DNA from: Mytilus californianus
Lineage: Eukaryota
Direction: 5' to 3'
Assembly: GCF_021869535.1 (NCBI RefSeq)
Contig: NW_026262582.1
Location: 3,224,001 to 3,288,000 of the forward strand
Length of the DNA: 64,000 nucleotides
Shown here: positions 13,418-28,004 of the stretch, piece by piece
Layout: every line of letters starts with the position of its first letter
Numbering within the stretch: position 1 is the first letter of the stretch
Position numbers and translations under genes: made by a program
The notes under the pieces: model-generated
Databases searched by the model: none
The model's input: the letters and a program-made list of their open reading frames with translations, nothing else
What the model was told of the DNA's origin: nothing

Positions 13418-15137
13418 GTCATACAGACCATCGCACACCATCGAACGGCCCACTGCACTTCGGCGCAGACCATCCAACTTTAGGGTCCCCATTGCACCTC
13501 CGACTGATACATGTATAAATACACATCTTTTTACTTGATTTAAATTATTGCAAACACTTTTCATACCGATTTCCTGATAATGGTTTTTATTGTACTAAAG
13601 TATAAATTGTTATTAAAGCGGATATTGCCCGAGGAACATATGAGTTTATTTAAGGGTTTAAAAATCTTCATAGCTGATATATTTTGATGCTTATGTCACA
13701 AACAGAAATATATAACAAACATTTCGTAAATTGTCAGTATATAAATTTAGAAAAAATATTAAGAAATGAAGGTTTCAGCTCCCTCAGACTAAGTTGGCCT
13801 TTGATGAATTTAGCTCTTATGTAAAAAATAAGGAGATGTGGTATAATTGCCAATGAGACAACTATTCAAGTAAGTTCAATCAAGAGGATGTATAAGCAGT
13901 TACATATATATAAAGGCAACCGTGTTTAAAGTGTTGTTTTGCGAGGGGATCAAGACATAGGGATGTGAATGAGTGGTTTATGTGTGCAATAATTTCGGCC
14001 TCCTAATTATAGTGTAAATCAGCAGTTGTTTCATGTAGTTGATATACAAATTATCACAAACCTAAAAGGATAAGAGGAATGGATTAATAGTTGGTTGTTT
14101 AACGTCCATTGACAACTATTAGATGCATTATTAGGGGAGAACATTAATCGTGATATAATTATGAACATTGGCAATCATATCACATCTTCTTTTTTATAAG
14201 AACATACATGCATGTGTAGATTTTCGTCTTAACTGTAAACGACAGTGTCCTCGGGCGTCAAAACCGAATTTAGACTTGTGTAAATTTCTGAAACATAAAT
14301 TTCATTAATGTAAAGTGTTCCAAATTCACTCCAGATTTCTGAATTTAATCTCATTATGAAATCAAGAAGAAAGAATCATCAAATGCTCAGGCAAAACAAA
14401 TAATACCGTTTTGAGCTATAAAACCACAGCGATCCTTACGTTAGGATACCCACAAGACATTACGTACTACATTTTTATTTGATTTGCCATAAAACGTATC
14501 TAGCTTAGTTTAAATTAAAATAAAGAACAGAGAATAAAAAAGTTGCTAAAGAAAACATACATATCCGTGTTACTTTCGCCTGAGTTTTTGTATTCAAGTT
14601 TGACATCCAACTTCTAATCCGCAATCCACATTCACCCGACAACCTTGTATATTGTATATTCTTGATGGAATACCCTCATGTACATGCATGTGATCACCAG
14701 GAACTGAGATAAATCTGATATCTTTTATGGTTTTCATCAAAACCTAAATGATTTAAAATATCTAAATAGAATATGAATTTGCCAAATAAGCGTCCAGAAT
14801 TATAATCTAGCATAGTTCAACATTGGAGAAATGATTTAAGTTGAACGTTATTTATAAGATGTCCAAAATATATATATACATGCACATTGCGATTGGTGCT
14901 GCAGTGTATTAAAGGTGTGAGATCAACTCCCGTTGAAAGACAAAAAATTGTCAGCTTTTAAACCAAAATCGAGAACAAGAGATTTTATATTTGCTGTTTC
15001 AAATATATTGCAATTGAATAAAGATAAAGTAACATAATAGTAAACCCATTTCTATAACATCATAATACAAGACTGTAAAGTCATCTTACAAAATGCATTA
15101 AAGACTGAATGAATAGCATCCGATTTAGAATTAACAC

Positions 15138-15365
15138 ACGTTGAGCGCGCTTTACACGATTAAGAATGAATGAACGTTGAGCGCACTTAACACGATTAAG
15201 AATGAATGAACGTTGAACGCACTTTACACGATTAAGAATGAATGAACGTTGAGCGCACGTTGAATGGAAAACACACAGAATGATGAACGATGAGCGCACG
15301 CACGTTGAATGCACGATGAATGAACGATGCACGCACGCAGAACGGACGATGCACGATGAATGCAC
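15138..15365. repeat. 36-bp minisatellite (about 3.4 units) grading into degenerate gcacgatgaatgaac units
   Basis: acgttgagcgcactttacacgattaagaatgaatga occurs at 15138, 15174, 15210 and partially at 15246. Confidence 0.9.
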
Positions 15366-16807
15366 GGAAAATAGGTCAGTTTGAATTTTAGAAGGTCTGT
15401 ATATATACATGTTTTATTCCACGAGTTTCCCCGATGCAAGAATATTTTATTAAATTTCATATTTGTTTTTTCTTCGTTCAGCATGAATGGAGAATTAAGA
15501 AATAAAGTAGGAAAATAGATTATAGCCTAGCGTGCTGTCGAAATATACCTTGTGCGCTAAATTGTAGAAAAGGGAATTTGGTCCTTTAAAAATTACAAAT
15601 ACAAAAATGAAGAATTTTTCATAGTGGCGGGAAGTTGTGTTCGATCTCTATAAAAATACAAGGCACTTATTTTTGCTAATATTTCTTTAGTTAACATGTA
15701 AAAATCATTGCAATTTATACTAGTAAAAGAATATTTTGTTCATACAACCTTGACCATAACAGGTCTCATTTAATCATTTTCGTTGCTGCATAGTAAGCCA
15801 ATAAAACGTTTTTTTGGTGGTTTTTTTTTTGAACTGATAAATGAAACAATTCCAATATTGATAATTTCGTATCAACTAAAATGTTTTCCCGAATAAAAAC
15901 TGAAACTCAATTTAATGAATAAAAAAAAAACCGAGTATTTGATTTATGTTCATGTCGTACGAAATAAGTCCACCGGATTTAGATTTTTGGAAAGGGGGAG
16001 GGGTATTTTTTTCGAGACAAACATTGTCTTTACTTAAAAATAAACTAAAAACATTTCTATTTTTTATCATTAAATTAGCAGATGTATACTCAAGTTAGAT
16101 TGCAACTATAGATGTTGAATTAAAAAAAGTGTTTTTATGGTAAACATATATAATGTCTGGTAATTTTCTTATGTGAATAATCAATTTTTCATGTTTTAAA
16201 AGATAATAGTGTAATCAGTTATGTTATTTGACAAGTATCTAACGATTCACTGATTTTTGAAAATAACAAAGAAAAATCGGCACGTGCCTAAATATTGTTT
16301 AAATACTAATTTATTTATGATTCTTTTTCGCTAAAATTTGGAATTTATGCATTAAATATCAATCTCTACCATGAAATGAAATGTGTTTACATGTTATATC
16401 ACCCCTTCTTGTCCTTAGTGGCACATTACATGTATAAGTTCTTAGTGCACTAACGAGTCCTGAGCATTGTTTAGACGCACCCGAACCTTCATTTACATGG
16501 ATAATTGACAATGTTAAGTTTAAGTGATTCTTGTGTTAAACTTTCATATTACAGACTTTTAACATAAATTTAGTCATAATAAGTAAAGCAGGCGGATATT
16601 TTAGCAAGTGCACTTTTGTTTATCACGTTTATTCATAGTTTTTATTATGGTTGGTTGGCCTATTGTGACACTAGCTTAATATACATCTTCGGCTCATATG
16701 GGGAGCACAAAAAACATCAAAAGACTTGACTTTTAATAGGGAATATTATTATGTTAGTTTCTTATTATCAAGCTTTCTTATAAGTTTCATAGACATGACA
16801 GAACAAC

Positions 16808-16912
16808 ATAGCTTGTTTCTTACTTGTGATTATGATTACACAAATACCTTGTATTTAACTTGTGATTATGATTACACAAATAGCTTGTATTTAACTTGTG
16901 ATTATGATTTCA
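16808..16912. repeat. 36-bp tandem repeat, 3 units
   Basis: atagcttgtatttaacttgtgattatgattacacaa occurs at 16808, 16844 and 16880. Confidence 0.9.
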
Positions 16913-17018
16913 CTAGGACAGAAAGTCTCAGGACAAAAAATCACAGACAAAATGTCACAGACAAACATTCACAATTCAATTTTAAGATTATTTTCAACTA
17001 TATCAAAAACAAATTAAT

Positions 17019-17020
<2 letters not shown>

Positions 17021-17072
<52 letters not shown>
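17021..17072. repeat. (AG)26 microsatellite
   Basis: Direct reading. Confidence 0.97.
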
Positions 17073-17075
<3 letters not shown>

Positions 17076-18821
17076 CAATAAAACGACGAAAAATACGCAT
17101 TTTTACCTTAAGATTCGATTCTCCATATTCTATCCGCAATTAAAGTTATTGAGCAAGCAAATTGGTGTATGTCATTTAATCTGTATGGTTCGGGTGACCC
17201 TAACTTCTGTTTAAACACATGACGCCATCAATCTACACGACCGTTTGGGAAATATGCGGACGATATAATCCATAATTCTCTTGTGGGTTCAAGAAAAGGA
17301 AAAGTATGCCTTGAAGTAGTTAAATATTGTTACATTTCAAATTGTTATTTTTATTTTTATATTCAGATCTTTGATTGTGTTGGTTTTATGTATTCACAAT
17401 ATTTATAGAAACTCGTGACAATTTAGAACTTGACATATTGTGTAAACACCTGTTTCTTGTTGAAGACTATACATGTACATGTTGCCCTCTTGATGTTCTT
17501 ATGTTGTTTTTGTCGTTCAATTGCTGTCATATTGACGTGTAACCCACATCTCAAACAGTTTGAGGTCCGTTTGATTACTTTTTAACTCAACTTTTCAATC
17601 AGTTTATGATAATCTGAAAGGGTTATCGAGTTAATTAATTGCTTTCTTTCCCTCAAGCCATGCATATACTCAATGGAAGGTATATATATAAAGCGTTGTC
17701 TATTTTTATATGACAAGACCACAGTACCAACAATACACTTTTTATGTAGAATTCATTTTAAAAAAAACTATGCCGACAATGTTCAAACATCATCGCATAC
17801 GGGTTTGTTTTATAAGACACCTGATTGAATACAAGTGATACATTCCCACGCCTACATTAATCTGATGTCCTCTTAGATGCCTCCAGAAACCTGTCAATAA
17901 AACAATTACTGCAAAAATTGATAAGTTAGAGATTTGATTGTGTATTCGATATTTGGAAAAAGTAAGATAGTTTCTATTCGTTCAACATTAAATTGCGAAG
18001 AACGTGTCTTGTAACAACCCTCCCCTTTCATGTTTACACCTTCTTATTTTAACACCTTCTTTTTAAACGGAGAAAATATAGAATATAACCGTACTGCAAG
18101 TTTCTGAATTTTGCAAATTCTTGTAGCAACGTGTGATTCACGGAATTGTCATATTTTCAAGATTGAACAGACCTCTGAAAGAAGTTAGATCATACAATTT
18201 TCATCAACCATGTGCCAAAAAAACCCACCGAATTATATTTGCAAATTGGAAAAGATTACGAATTGTTTTATATCCGTACTAAAAATCGTCTGCAATTATT
18301 TAAAATAAAACAAAAAAAAATGTATCTCTCTGCCTGAATGCAATGGAAAACAAATTTTCATTTTTATTCTTTATCTATAATTTGCAAAAGAGGAAAAAAT
18401 GATCAAATTATTAAAAGAAAGACTAACGATAATATTACCATCCAGGTAAATGAGTTTTCCATAAAGTAACTAATCCTTAATTCACAACCGTCAATGTACT
18501 TGCAAAACTCTGGATTCATTTTTGATATTTACCTGACAGATAGATAAAAAAAAACATATCTATCAGGAATTTCGATAGCAAAAATGAAATAATAAATGTG
18601 TTTTTTTTTTTTGTAGACGAGAAGCAAATCAAAGAAGGAAATTTTGTTGAAACAAAATTAAAATATATTCACATCTTTCTGAGTAAAGTGTCAAAAGTGC
18701 AACAGTATAATTGTATTAATAGTATTTATGACTATTTTATAGAGTAAAGGATTATAAGTCGAACACGACACTCGCACAATGTACATAATTTAAAACTGTT
18801 TTATTATATTTTTTTCTATAG

Positions 18822-19100
18822 ATTGCATTCCGAAGTGCACATGCTTGGCTAAGATAGTTGAATGTTCAGCGAACAATATTACATGATATCCAAATGATAT
18901 CAATCGAAAGCAACAGAGGAAGATTTAAGTTTTAAAATCAGAGCATTCCTTAAATTAAACATTTGAAACATGTTTTTTTAAGCACCAGCATGCATATTTT
19001 GATTATATAAATATAAAATTGAGAATTACTGATGTACTTATTATTCTATCTAACAATTAGCATTGGTAGTCCCGGCAGCTTTCTCTCCCTAAGGTCCTTT
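18822..19100 (+). pseudogene. Decayed leucine-rich-repeat exon (LRRNT cap plus LRR remnants)
   Basis: tttctatag| then xCIPKCTCLAKIVECSANNIT*YPNDI. After frameshifts: ATEEDLSF.I, AFLKL and LSNN..ISIGSPGSFLSLRS. Confidence 0.5.
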
Positions 19101-20316
19101 TTAACGGACAGCGGACAAAAAGTCACAGGACAGAAAGTTACAAATTTGATAGGACTAAAAGTCACTACTAATTTGTTGACAATTGATTGAATATATAAGA
19201 GACAAATCTTGAAATAATTACTTTTTATTACATATTTTCTTTTTACAGTTTGGGAAATTGTTCATTAGCCTTGATAAATGAAGATTTATTAAATTTTAAT
19301 CACTAGAAGGATATATTTTTTGAAGCACCATGAAGCCGTTTAGGCACCAAGCCACTTTGACATTTTGTTTTTAAAATGAGAAGTGATACGGGTGCTATAT
19401 AAAACAAATTTGCTACGAAACAGAAATAAAAACCGTAAACAAGATTTATAATAATGTACATTTTCTTTTTACCAATCGTTTCATAACTTATTCCATTTTA
19501 TATTTTTCTATAATATAATTCTTGCTAAAAAAGACTTGATGCTAAGAAAAGGTCAGAGAAGTATCAAAATCGGGTTTTATAGGTACCTATACTTAATATA
19601 AACTGTTACCTAGATTTTTGAAATATGCTCACATTCTTGTTGTATTTATTTTGAAATATTTCTTTATAATTTGTAAATGTAATAATTTTATCAGGTGTAT
19701 CCTTATATATGATAAAACATGGCAACATTTTTCACATAACTTCCATGGATAAAACAGTCACAGCGATGCACGGGTATTCATAAATATTAAGATAGTGTTT
19801 GACAGTCCGTTTCGGTTGAATGCTCAGATAATCCGTATATTGAAATGTAAATAACTTTCAGCAAACATCTGTCATTTGTCACAAATTAGAAAAATATAAA
19901 GTAAATAAGATATTCAGAATATATTTTCCCTGACTAATTTTATATGGGTAAGAACAATTATTTTAAATCACAGACGAAAATGTGTGTAAGAACATTTTTA
20001 ATATTTATTACTAATTATTATATCTTTACAGACGGAACGAATAAATACTAAACTACTTAATGTCAGAAAGCACGACTGCAAAGTTTTTATGACTAACACA
20101 TTTCCGGTTACACCAGTTATTCTTTTCTTATATAACCAATTAAATGTTTACGTGAAATAACATCGGAAAAAATGAATTGCAACTTTGCAAACGTTATTTA
20201 ATTAATAGACATACAACAGAACATTAAAAGACCACAAAAGAATACCCTCCATTCTTTTCCGATTTTATTCATGAAAGGGAAACAACTCCTAATCAACTCA
20301 GAGAAAGTGTAGCACG

Positions 20317-20586
20317 TTTTGCATCCGAATATTTAAAATCTTAACACGACTGATCACGATCTTACAAAGTCTGAACAGCATTTTTACCTTTGGTCTGATT
20401 TGATCTGAACATGGTCTGATCAAGTCTTAATCGGATGCAAAAACAATCTGTCTTGTTTATCTTGATATGACTAAAAAACATTTTATCATTTGAAAAAAAT
20501 ATCTCGTGATAGCGTCTGAAAGTCCGAAAAGTCTTGACGTTTTTCTCTAGCAGTAAATCCAGTCGATTAAGACTTGATCAGACCAA
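20317..20586. repeat. Foldback/MITE-like segment with overlapping inverted repeats
   Basis: tggtctgatcaagtcttaatcg (~20411) vs cgattaagacttgatcagacca (~20565); ttttgcatccga (20317) vs tcggatgcaaaa (20430). Confidence 0.7.
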
Positions 20587-23329
20587 AATGACCGTTTCAG
20601 ACTTGAATGTTGCTACTAGTGAAAATACAGTCGAATTGATAAGCCAATCATCATTTTTGAAAGCTTCTCTCATCAACGTTCAAATTATCGACGTCCTTTT
20701 ACGGACTTCACTGAACTTTATTAAATGGTGTGTTGAACCTAAAATTGAAAATATTGGTGATAAATTAAAGAATTTTAATCTCGCAGTGACAAACTTATAG
20801 TATATTTTTTCAAACAATTAGTTGTTCTGTTTTATCATCTCACTTGTTTGATACTGTATATTGGCATCTAAATGTCTTTTTGTTGTCTTTATCGCGTAAT
20901 TGCTTGTTTTCTCGTTGTCGTATATCAACATGTCATTTATGTATATGAAAATGAATGGAATACGACATGATAGATCGATAAACGTCAGTCAACAAGACAT
21001 TAATATACATATACACTTAATATGATGTCGGTGGTTGTCTTATTGTCATTATCTAATGTCTGCCATTTTATTTTGATAAAAGTACAAGAAAACATTTAGT
21101 TTCTTTAATAGGCACTACACAAAGTCTAAACGATACCGATAATTTAAACAAGGACCGAAATGAAAATGAATGCATGAATTGAGGAAATAGTACTGGACAT
21201 GGATGAGAGGTTATACCGATCGATTGTAGGTTGTTTTGATATCGTATGACGTCACATTAGACTTTGGTTAAAGTGTGATAATATCGGGCAAAAATTTGAA
21301 GCACGTGACGTTACATTACCTTTGATCAGAGATCTGACGTCGATTTGAGTCTAACTTATATAACGAAAGATATTTATTCTTTTTTACTTTGGAAAAGCAA
21401 GACTATATCATGCATGTACGTTCTTGTATGTAATGGATTCCCTATTATATCCGTTGATATAGATCTTATATTGTGAATATCATTAATTCATTGTAATAAC
21501 AGTAGTTTGACGATGTTCAAATTTCGTAATTCATAAAGAAGATATAAACATAGGAAGACACAAACACGAAAACTTGGGAAATCTAAAGAACACCGAAATG
21601 ATATAAACCATGACTGACGACATCGAAATCCGTGTATGCAACAATTGCATCACCGAATATAAATCCACACTCAGTCATAAATGTCTTTTTAAATCTTTTT
21701 AAAGTCAATTTAGTAAATATCGTGCTGTTTCGTGACTTAATTGCACTAAGTATATTTTCTAGAATAGAATGCCTCTTTTTTAATTGTATCCGGATGATAA
21801 AGTGTTGACCGACGTGTTCCCGTTGAATGTAAATCCAGTGCATTTGACACATGCAATTAATTACATTTTGTTTTCAATTTGTATGCCCTATTCCTAATCG
21901 CTACATTTGATTGAGTAAAGAATTTTATGGCGGTTAATGCATAAATAAATTTATTGGTAGCATTGGATTGTTTTCTGCTTTTGTGTCGTGTTGTTGTCTC
22001 TTTGACACACTACCCTTTTCCAGTCTCAATTTTACAGCTGAAGACGCTTACTCACGCGTTGACATGAAATACCACTGAAATTGAGATATTTATATAATAT
22101 ACACTGGTTACAAATTGTAAAATATATCGAAATACACAGGATTTTATAGCTTTCTTTATTACCTGAGATGCAAAATCTATCAAAATGTATGCCCCTTCTC
22201 GTAAATTTTATGTAGTATTTTATCCTTGTCAATTCGAACGTCACTAATGATTTTTTTTAAGACGAAATGAACATGAACCAAAACAATAGGTGTCGTCAAT
22301 TAACCACTACAGTAAAATGTAGTTCTATTTACGGGCAGCATTTATAAATATAGTAAGCACTGTTTACAAAAGGAGTTCACAGTGACTACCAAATAAGCTG
22401 ATCAAAAGGTTGTATTTTAGTATAAACTAATCTAAGATAAAAGAATTACAATTGTTTGACACTAAAGACTCATCAGTTATGCTCGACTAAAACAAAAGAT
22501 AAAAAAACCAAATAAAATTAAAAGTTGAAGAGTATTGAGTACCCATAATTCCGAAAAAAAATTATAGGATATTTATGTTTTTGGATTGTTTGACACTGTT
22601 TGAACAACAGTATATCATGTATATTGCTGTTGCATTTATTTATAATCTATACAAAGAGTAGAAAACAAGTAAAAAAATATGAACCTTCCGAAAGATTTAG
22701 TCTCACAATCGGCACTGAAAAGGAGACGAAGAAGTGTTCTATCGCTTCAACAGTAAAAGAGAAGTGGAAGCCACTTAATGGATATCAACAATGTCGATGA
22801 CAAACTTACAACGTAATAGCAAGTTTCAAACCGCCTAAAAGACAAACAAATTCAGAACGAAACGTGCATGACATAGAAAACTAAAATATAACCAACAATA
22901 ACCCCATCAATACCGTGGCTATGCTATGTCAATGGTTGATGAATCAAATATATCTCTTAAAACAATCTTAAGCCCCTTTTATTGCATGTCGAAGATGATG
23001 GATTAAACCTGGTTTTATGGCTAGATAAACCTCTCACTTGTATGACAGTTGCACAAAACTCTAATATATTGACTAAAATGTGTGGACAAAACAAACAGAC
23101 ATAATAGGCAAAAAAGTCAAACATAAGGGTACATAGTCAACATTGTGTTATTATCTTGGTCACTATAAAAACAAACAAATATGTCATCAAAGAAAACGCA
23201 ATGGCATATAGACAAAGCACATAAACAAAAAACGAAAGACAAGAATACAAAAAATGACCATAGCACAATAACACAATGACGGGAAGTACCGTGCACCGAA
23301 AAATGATACAAGTATTACTCAAAAAGGAT

Positions 23330-24170
23330 TAAACAGGAAAGGTTAATAATTAACAAAGACTTATACAAAAAATGATTTAGTAAACGATGAGGAAAAACAA
23401 ATGACTTTTTAACAATTCCAAAACATTTATAAATAACCAAACTTTCTTACTTATAATTGGGTAATTTCATCAATAAAATCATATAAAAAAGCTCTAAAGA
23501 ACAATGTTTCCATAAGCAATATTTGTAAAACACAAGGACCAATTATTCCAAATGATATAAGAATAATTTTTTTTATCAAAAAAAGGCTCGAAAGATATGT
23601 TTAATGTTTTATTAGAAAAAAGCAGTACTAAACTTAAATGTGTAGAAAAATGGTCCTTAACACTGAACAAAAAATTTGATGGGAAAGCCGTACATAAAAT
23701 GTCTTTTTACGCCACAAAAAGCTCAAAATTTCACTGGTTCCAATATAGAATAATACACAGTATATTGGGCACAAATAAATTTTTTATTCAAAATAAAAAT
23801 AAAACAAAGCAATAACTGTTCTTTCTGCAATGAAGTTAACGAAGATATTGAACACATATTTTGGACATGCCACAAAAAAGCAGATTTGTGGATAAGACTC
23901 GGTGACTGGATTTATAACCAAACACAAATAATTATTCCATTTAACATGGATACAATTTTATTCGTTAATTTAGGAAAACAGAAAATAATAAAATACAAAA
24001 ATTAATAATACTGTATCTAAAGAACAAAACTGCGTGAAATTCAAGTTAATGTTGCAGGGCTGAAAAAACTATTTTAGAGAAAATCTAATACTAGAAAATA
24101 ATGTATTTTTTAAAACAAACCCTCTTCACATTGCCAACCTCTACTGGGACCCCTGGCTTCCATTACTAGA
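23330..24170 (+). mobile_element. L1/Tx1-clade non-LTR retrotransposon 3' fragment (zf-RVT CCHC), degenerate
   Basis: KFHWFQYRIIHSILGTN followed, after a frameshift, by NNCSFCNEVNEDIEHIFWTC. Confidence 0.8.
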
Positions 24171-25639
24171 ATGATGTACACTTAAGCAACTTAGCATTAC
24201 TCTATGTAATGGTACTGTGAATATCATTTTAGCCTTCTCCACACCACCATATATGTTTTATATAATATATTGTCATATGTTATTTATTGTTTTTTGTCTT
24301 GTTTTGTGCTTAAAATAACGTGTACATTTTTTAATATCTGTTTTGTGTTTGTATGAATTATTTACAATGGAAAACCAACTTTGGCAAATTTATTTAATGT
24401 TGTATCTTACGACAAAAATACTGCTGCCAAAAATCCAAATTTCAAGGATTTTTTTCTTTTTTTATAGTTTTTCTTTTTTTGTTTTTATTTTGCTTTTGTT
24501 TTTCATTTATTTATTATTTTCTCTCCTCTTCCCTGTTTCTCTCTGAAATAAAATTCTCTTTTTATCGAACGATTTTGAAATAATGGAAAGATAATAATAT
24601 ATTGTATATATTTCATAATTTAGAATACTAACAATTACTAACTAGTTTCTATATAAATATACAATCTAATGTTTAACAAGGCCGGGATAATGTATCGGCA
24701 CTTTCTGTATCAAACTAACAAATGTGAAAGTTTTCAATACAGTATGTATAATTGGGGAAAAAAAAGACTAGTACAAAACACGATAACACGCAATTAAGAT
24801 GATAATCAACTTCAGTACCGAGAATCTATTCAAAACCAACATTTATTATTTGTAAAGTTGATACGTAATATTTATCAACACAGTCTTTGTATCTTCAGAT
24901 GAATTCCTTTTAGAAAAAGGACGTTCTTTGAAATAACACTGGTTCGTCAACGTTCTGCGCAGACAGCAGTACGTGTTATAAAGTCTTAGTAGCAGCTACA
25001 TGCCCTTGAATGTGAATGGGTTGGGAAATAAATATTTCACATGTAGGTGAAGTTGGTTAATTGGTCCTAAGGTGGGGGATATTGATAATTTCAAATCAAA
25101 ATCGTCTCAATTGTCATAGATACTGGTACTTAGATGTCAGCTTATGTCAAATTCGATGTACAGATGGGTGCAGTAATAACCTGTACAGCAAGTTCCTAAC
25201 TTGCTAACCAGTAAATTTGAATGGTCAAATGTAATCTGTGACAGAATATTGGATTACCCTAACTAGTCTTAGGACCAAAATCAAGTTAACTTGAAAAGCG
25301 GGCTAGCTCCTAGGTTCTGTATTTATGACTGGATACAGGTTCGCGCTAATTATAAGTTACTTCGAAACCAGTCCTGTCATAAGTTAACTTTGATGTTGAC
25401 AGCTCTGATCGAACAAGACCTGATCACAAGTTAACTGTTTGCTGGTCTGCCCAACACTAAGTTAACTTGTAACTTTTTAAACGTCTTTATATAAACAACC
25501 CAGATTAAATACATATTTTTGTAAAAAAAGCACGCATAAAACTTTGCTTGTTATACAAATTTCTCCTTGATCTGCCTTTTTTTATAGATTGAAAACTATA
25601 TTGGTTACAATGCTAACGTGCATTGAATATAAAATTTGT

Positions 25640-27130
25640 ATATACATGTAAAGGCAATGGACAGACAACTTAATTGACGAAGTAGAAAACGCAGCAAGCA
25701 ATGGTTTGATGAAAACGGTATATGAAGTTACAAAACTAATTTGTAATGAAAAACAGAAACCACCTCAAGTCATCAAAGACAAGTCAGGAAATCTTAAAAG
25801 ATGGAAAGAACACTCTAAAGAAGTCTTGAACAGACCAGAACCGGATTTACCATTTGACATGAATTTAAACTATGAAATCCAGGAAAGAGAAATATATACT
25901 GGTCCAATCGGAAAAGAGAAAATTACAAAAGCCTTGAAAAGATTGAAAAATGGGAAGTTAGGAGGCATAGATGTCATCACAGCTGATATACTAAAAGCAG
26001 ATACAATAACAACCACCAAGTATATTTGCTTAAGCTTTACAATATGGTAAGGATTGGAGGATTGAAAATACCAAAAAGAGTGGAGTAAAGGTCTCATTGT
26101 TAAAATAGTAAAAAAAGGAGATCGAATATGTTGCGATGACTACTGAGGCGTAACACTACTTTCTGAGCCAAGTAAGGTAATCACAAAAATTATCATCCAA
26201 AGAATACAGGAAGGAATAGATGAAGATAAGACAAGAACAATCTTGCTTCAGAAGGGGAAAAGCACTACCGAACAACTTGTCACTAAAAAACATCATAGAA
26301 CAATGTTCTAAATGGAATCCTCCTTTGTACATCAACTTTGTAAACTTTGAAAAGGCGTTTGATTTCATCCACAGGGAAAGCCTATGGTCCATCTTAAAAG
26401 CTTACCACATCTTTAACAAACTAATAACATTTATAAAACTCTTTTATAATTCATTTGAGTGTGCTGTCATAGACGAAGGAATACAATTGGAATGATTTAA
26501 AGTAAAAACAGGAGTAAAACAAGGATGCATGATGTCTGGCTTCCTATTTCTCTTAGCCATTGACTATTGTGTGAAGCAAACAATTAAAGATCATGAAACA
26601 GGAATTAGATGGAAATTTACCACCAAAATAGAAGATTTTGCTGATGACCTAGCACTACTATCTTACAAATTCCAACAGATACAACTCTACACAAGTAAAC
26701 GTCAAGAAAATGCCAGCACAATAGGAATACAATTAAACACCTCTAAAACAAAAGTAATGCGAATGAACACCACAAATAACAACCCGGTGAAGTTAAACGA
26801 GAATGTCCTAGAGGATGTCGATACCTCCACATACCTAGAAAGGATAGTTACAACAAAAAGTAGATGTGACAATGACATGGAAAAACGGTTCAAGAAGCTA
26901 AAGGCCAATTCAGCAGGCCAAGAAAAATATTTAGATCATCAGTACAATCATGTAAAACAAAAATCATCAAAAGCTTAGTCATATCAGTCCTACTGTATAG
27001 TTGTTTAACCTGGAAAACAACTGAACAAGACAAAAAGAAATTGAACACAGTACAAAATAGATGCTGAAAATAAGATGGCCCAGTACTATATCAAACGAAA
27101 GCCTCCACATAAGAGCTGGAACAAAGGAGC
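25640..27130 (+). mobile_element. RTE-clade LINE reverse transcriptase, frameshifted and 5'-truncated
   Basis: LKNGKLGGID.I.ADILK, RQEQSCFRRG, YINFVNFEKAFDFIHRESLW, GVKQGCMMSGFLF, EDFADDLALLS and N.SKTKVM spread across broken ORFs 25706-26978. Confidence 0.92.
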
Positions 27131-27136
27131 TAAATA

Positions 27137-27765
27137 AAGGCAACAGTAGTATACCGCTGTTCAAAAGTCATCAATCGATTGAGAGAAAACAAATCCGGGT
27201 TACAAACTCAAACCTAGGGGAGCACATCAACTTTAAGAGGAAAACAACGAAACAACAGAAACTCTAAAGTGCAACAAAAAACCAAAGGACAATGTAACAC
27301 ACACAGAAACGAACTATAATATAACAACTGCCATTTTCCTGACTTGGTACAGGACATTTAAAAAAAAATGGTGGGTTGAATCTGGTTTTGTGTCTAGCCA
27401 AACCTCGCGCTTTTATGGCAATGTTAAATATAACACTAAAAGGACAACATTACATGACAGGACTACAGTACAAATAAATGTAAGATCATTCAGGACAGAG
27501 AAATACACAAATAAACAATCTAATAATAATTGACGCTCAGATCAAAATAGTCAGAAAGCCAAACAAGTATAAAGTTAAAGAGCATTGATGACCCAAAAAT
27601 CCAAAAAGTTGTGCCAAATACGGCTAAAGTTATCTATGCCTGGAATAAGAAAATCCTTAGTAGCTAGAATAATTCATACTATAGCAAACAGTCAATTTAC
27701 AAAAAAAATTACCATATAATTGATATTCATGTCAACACCGAAGTGCTGAATAACCACAGAATAAA
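27137..27765 (+). repeat. Interspersed repeat family 3 (hammerhead-bearing family); this copy has lost the ribozyme
   Basis: Colinear with 59380-59965 (gcaacagtagtataccgc...gaagaaaatccttagta) except for a deletion before tgacgctcagat. Confidence 0.85.
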
Positions 27766-28004
27766 AATTAACACGTGAAACAACCTAAGGCAGCACATAA
27801 AAACAGCATAACATAACCACGCATTGTTTATCACACGACTGGATTGACGCTACAGAATGACGTAACAGGTAAATTTCTAAAAATTTTCGTATAAGATGTA
27901 TTTTATAACAATTACAAGACTTAATATAGAATTGTGTTAGAAATTAGATAATTAATTGTTTTATCTAGGTATGTCGGTATTTCTTCTGAATTAAACTGTA
28001 AAAC

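Noticed and set aside
15081-15484. ORFs with AQRSFILNRVKC repeats
   Set aside because: Translation of the 36-bp minisatellite.
16395-16520. Minus-strand frame IIHVNEGS…TYTCNV as a lost V exon of gene A
   Set aside because: Cys spacing is far too short, there are no splice sites, and it lies upstream of the gene A signal exon; likely chance.
16726-17214. 162-aa ORF with YLTCDYDY repeats and an ER run
   Set aside because: Artefact of a 36-bp tandem repeat and an (AG)n microsatellite.
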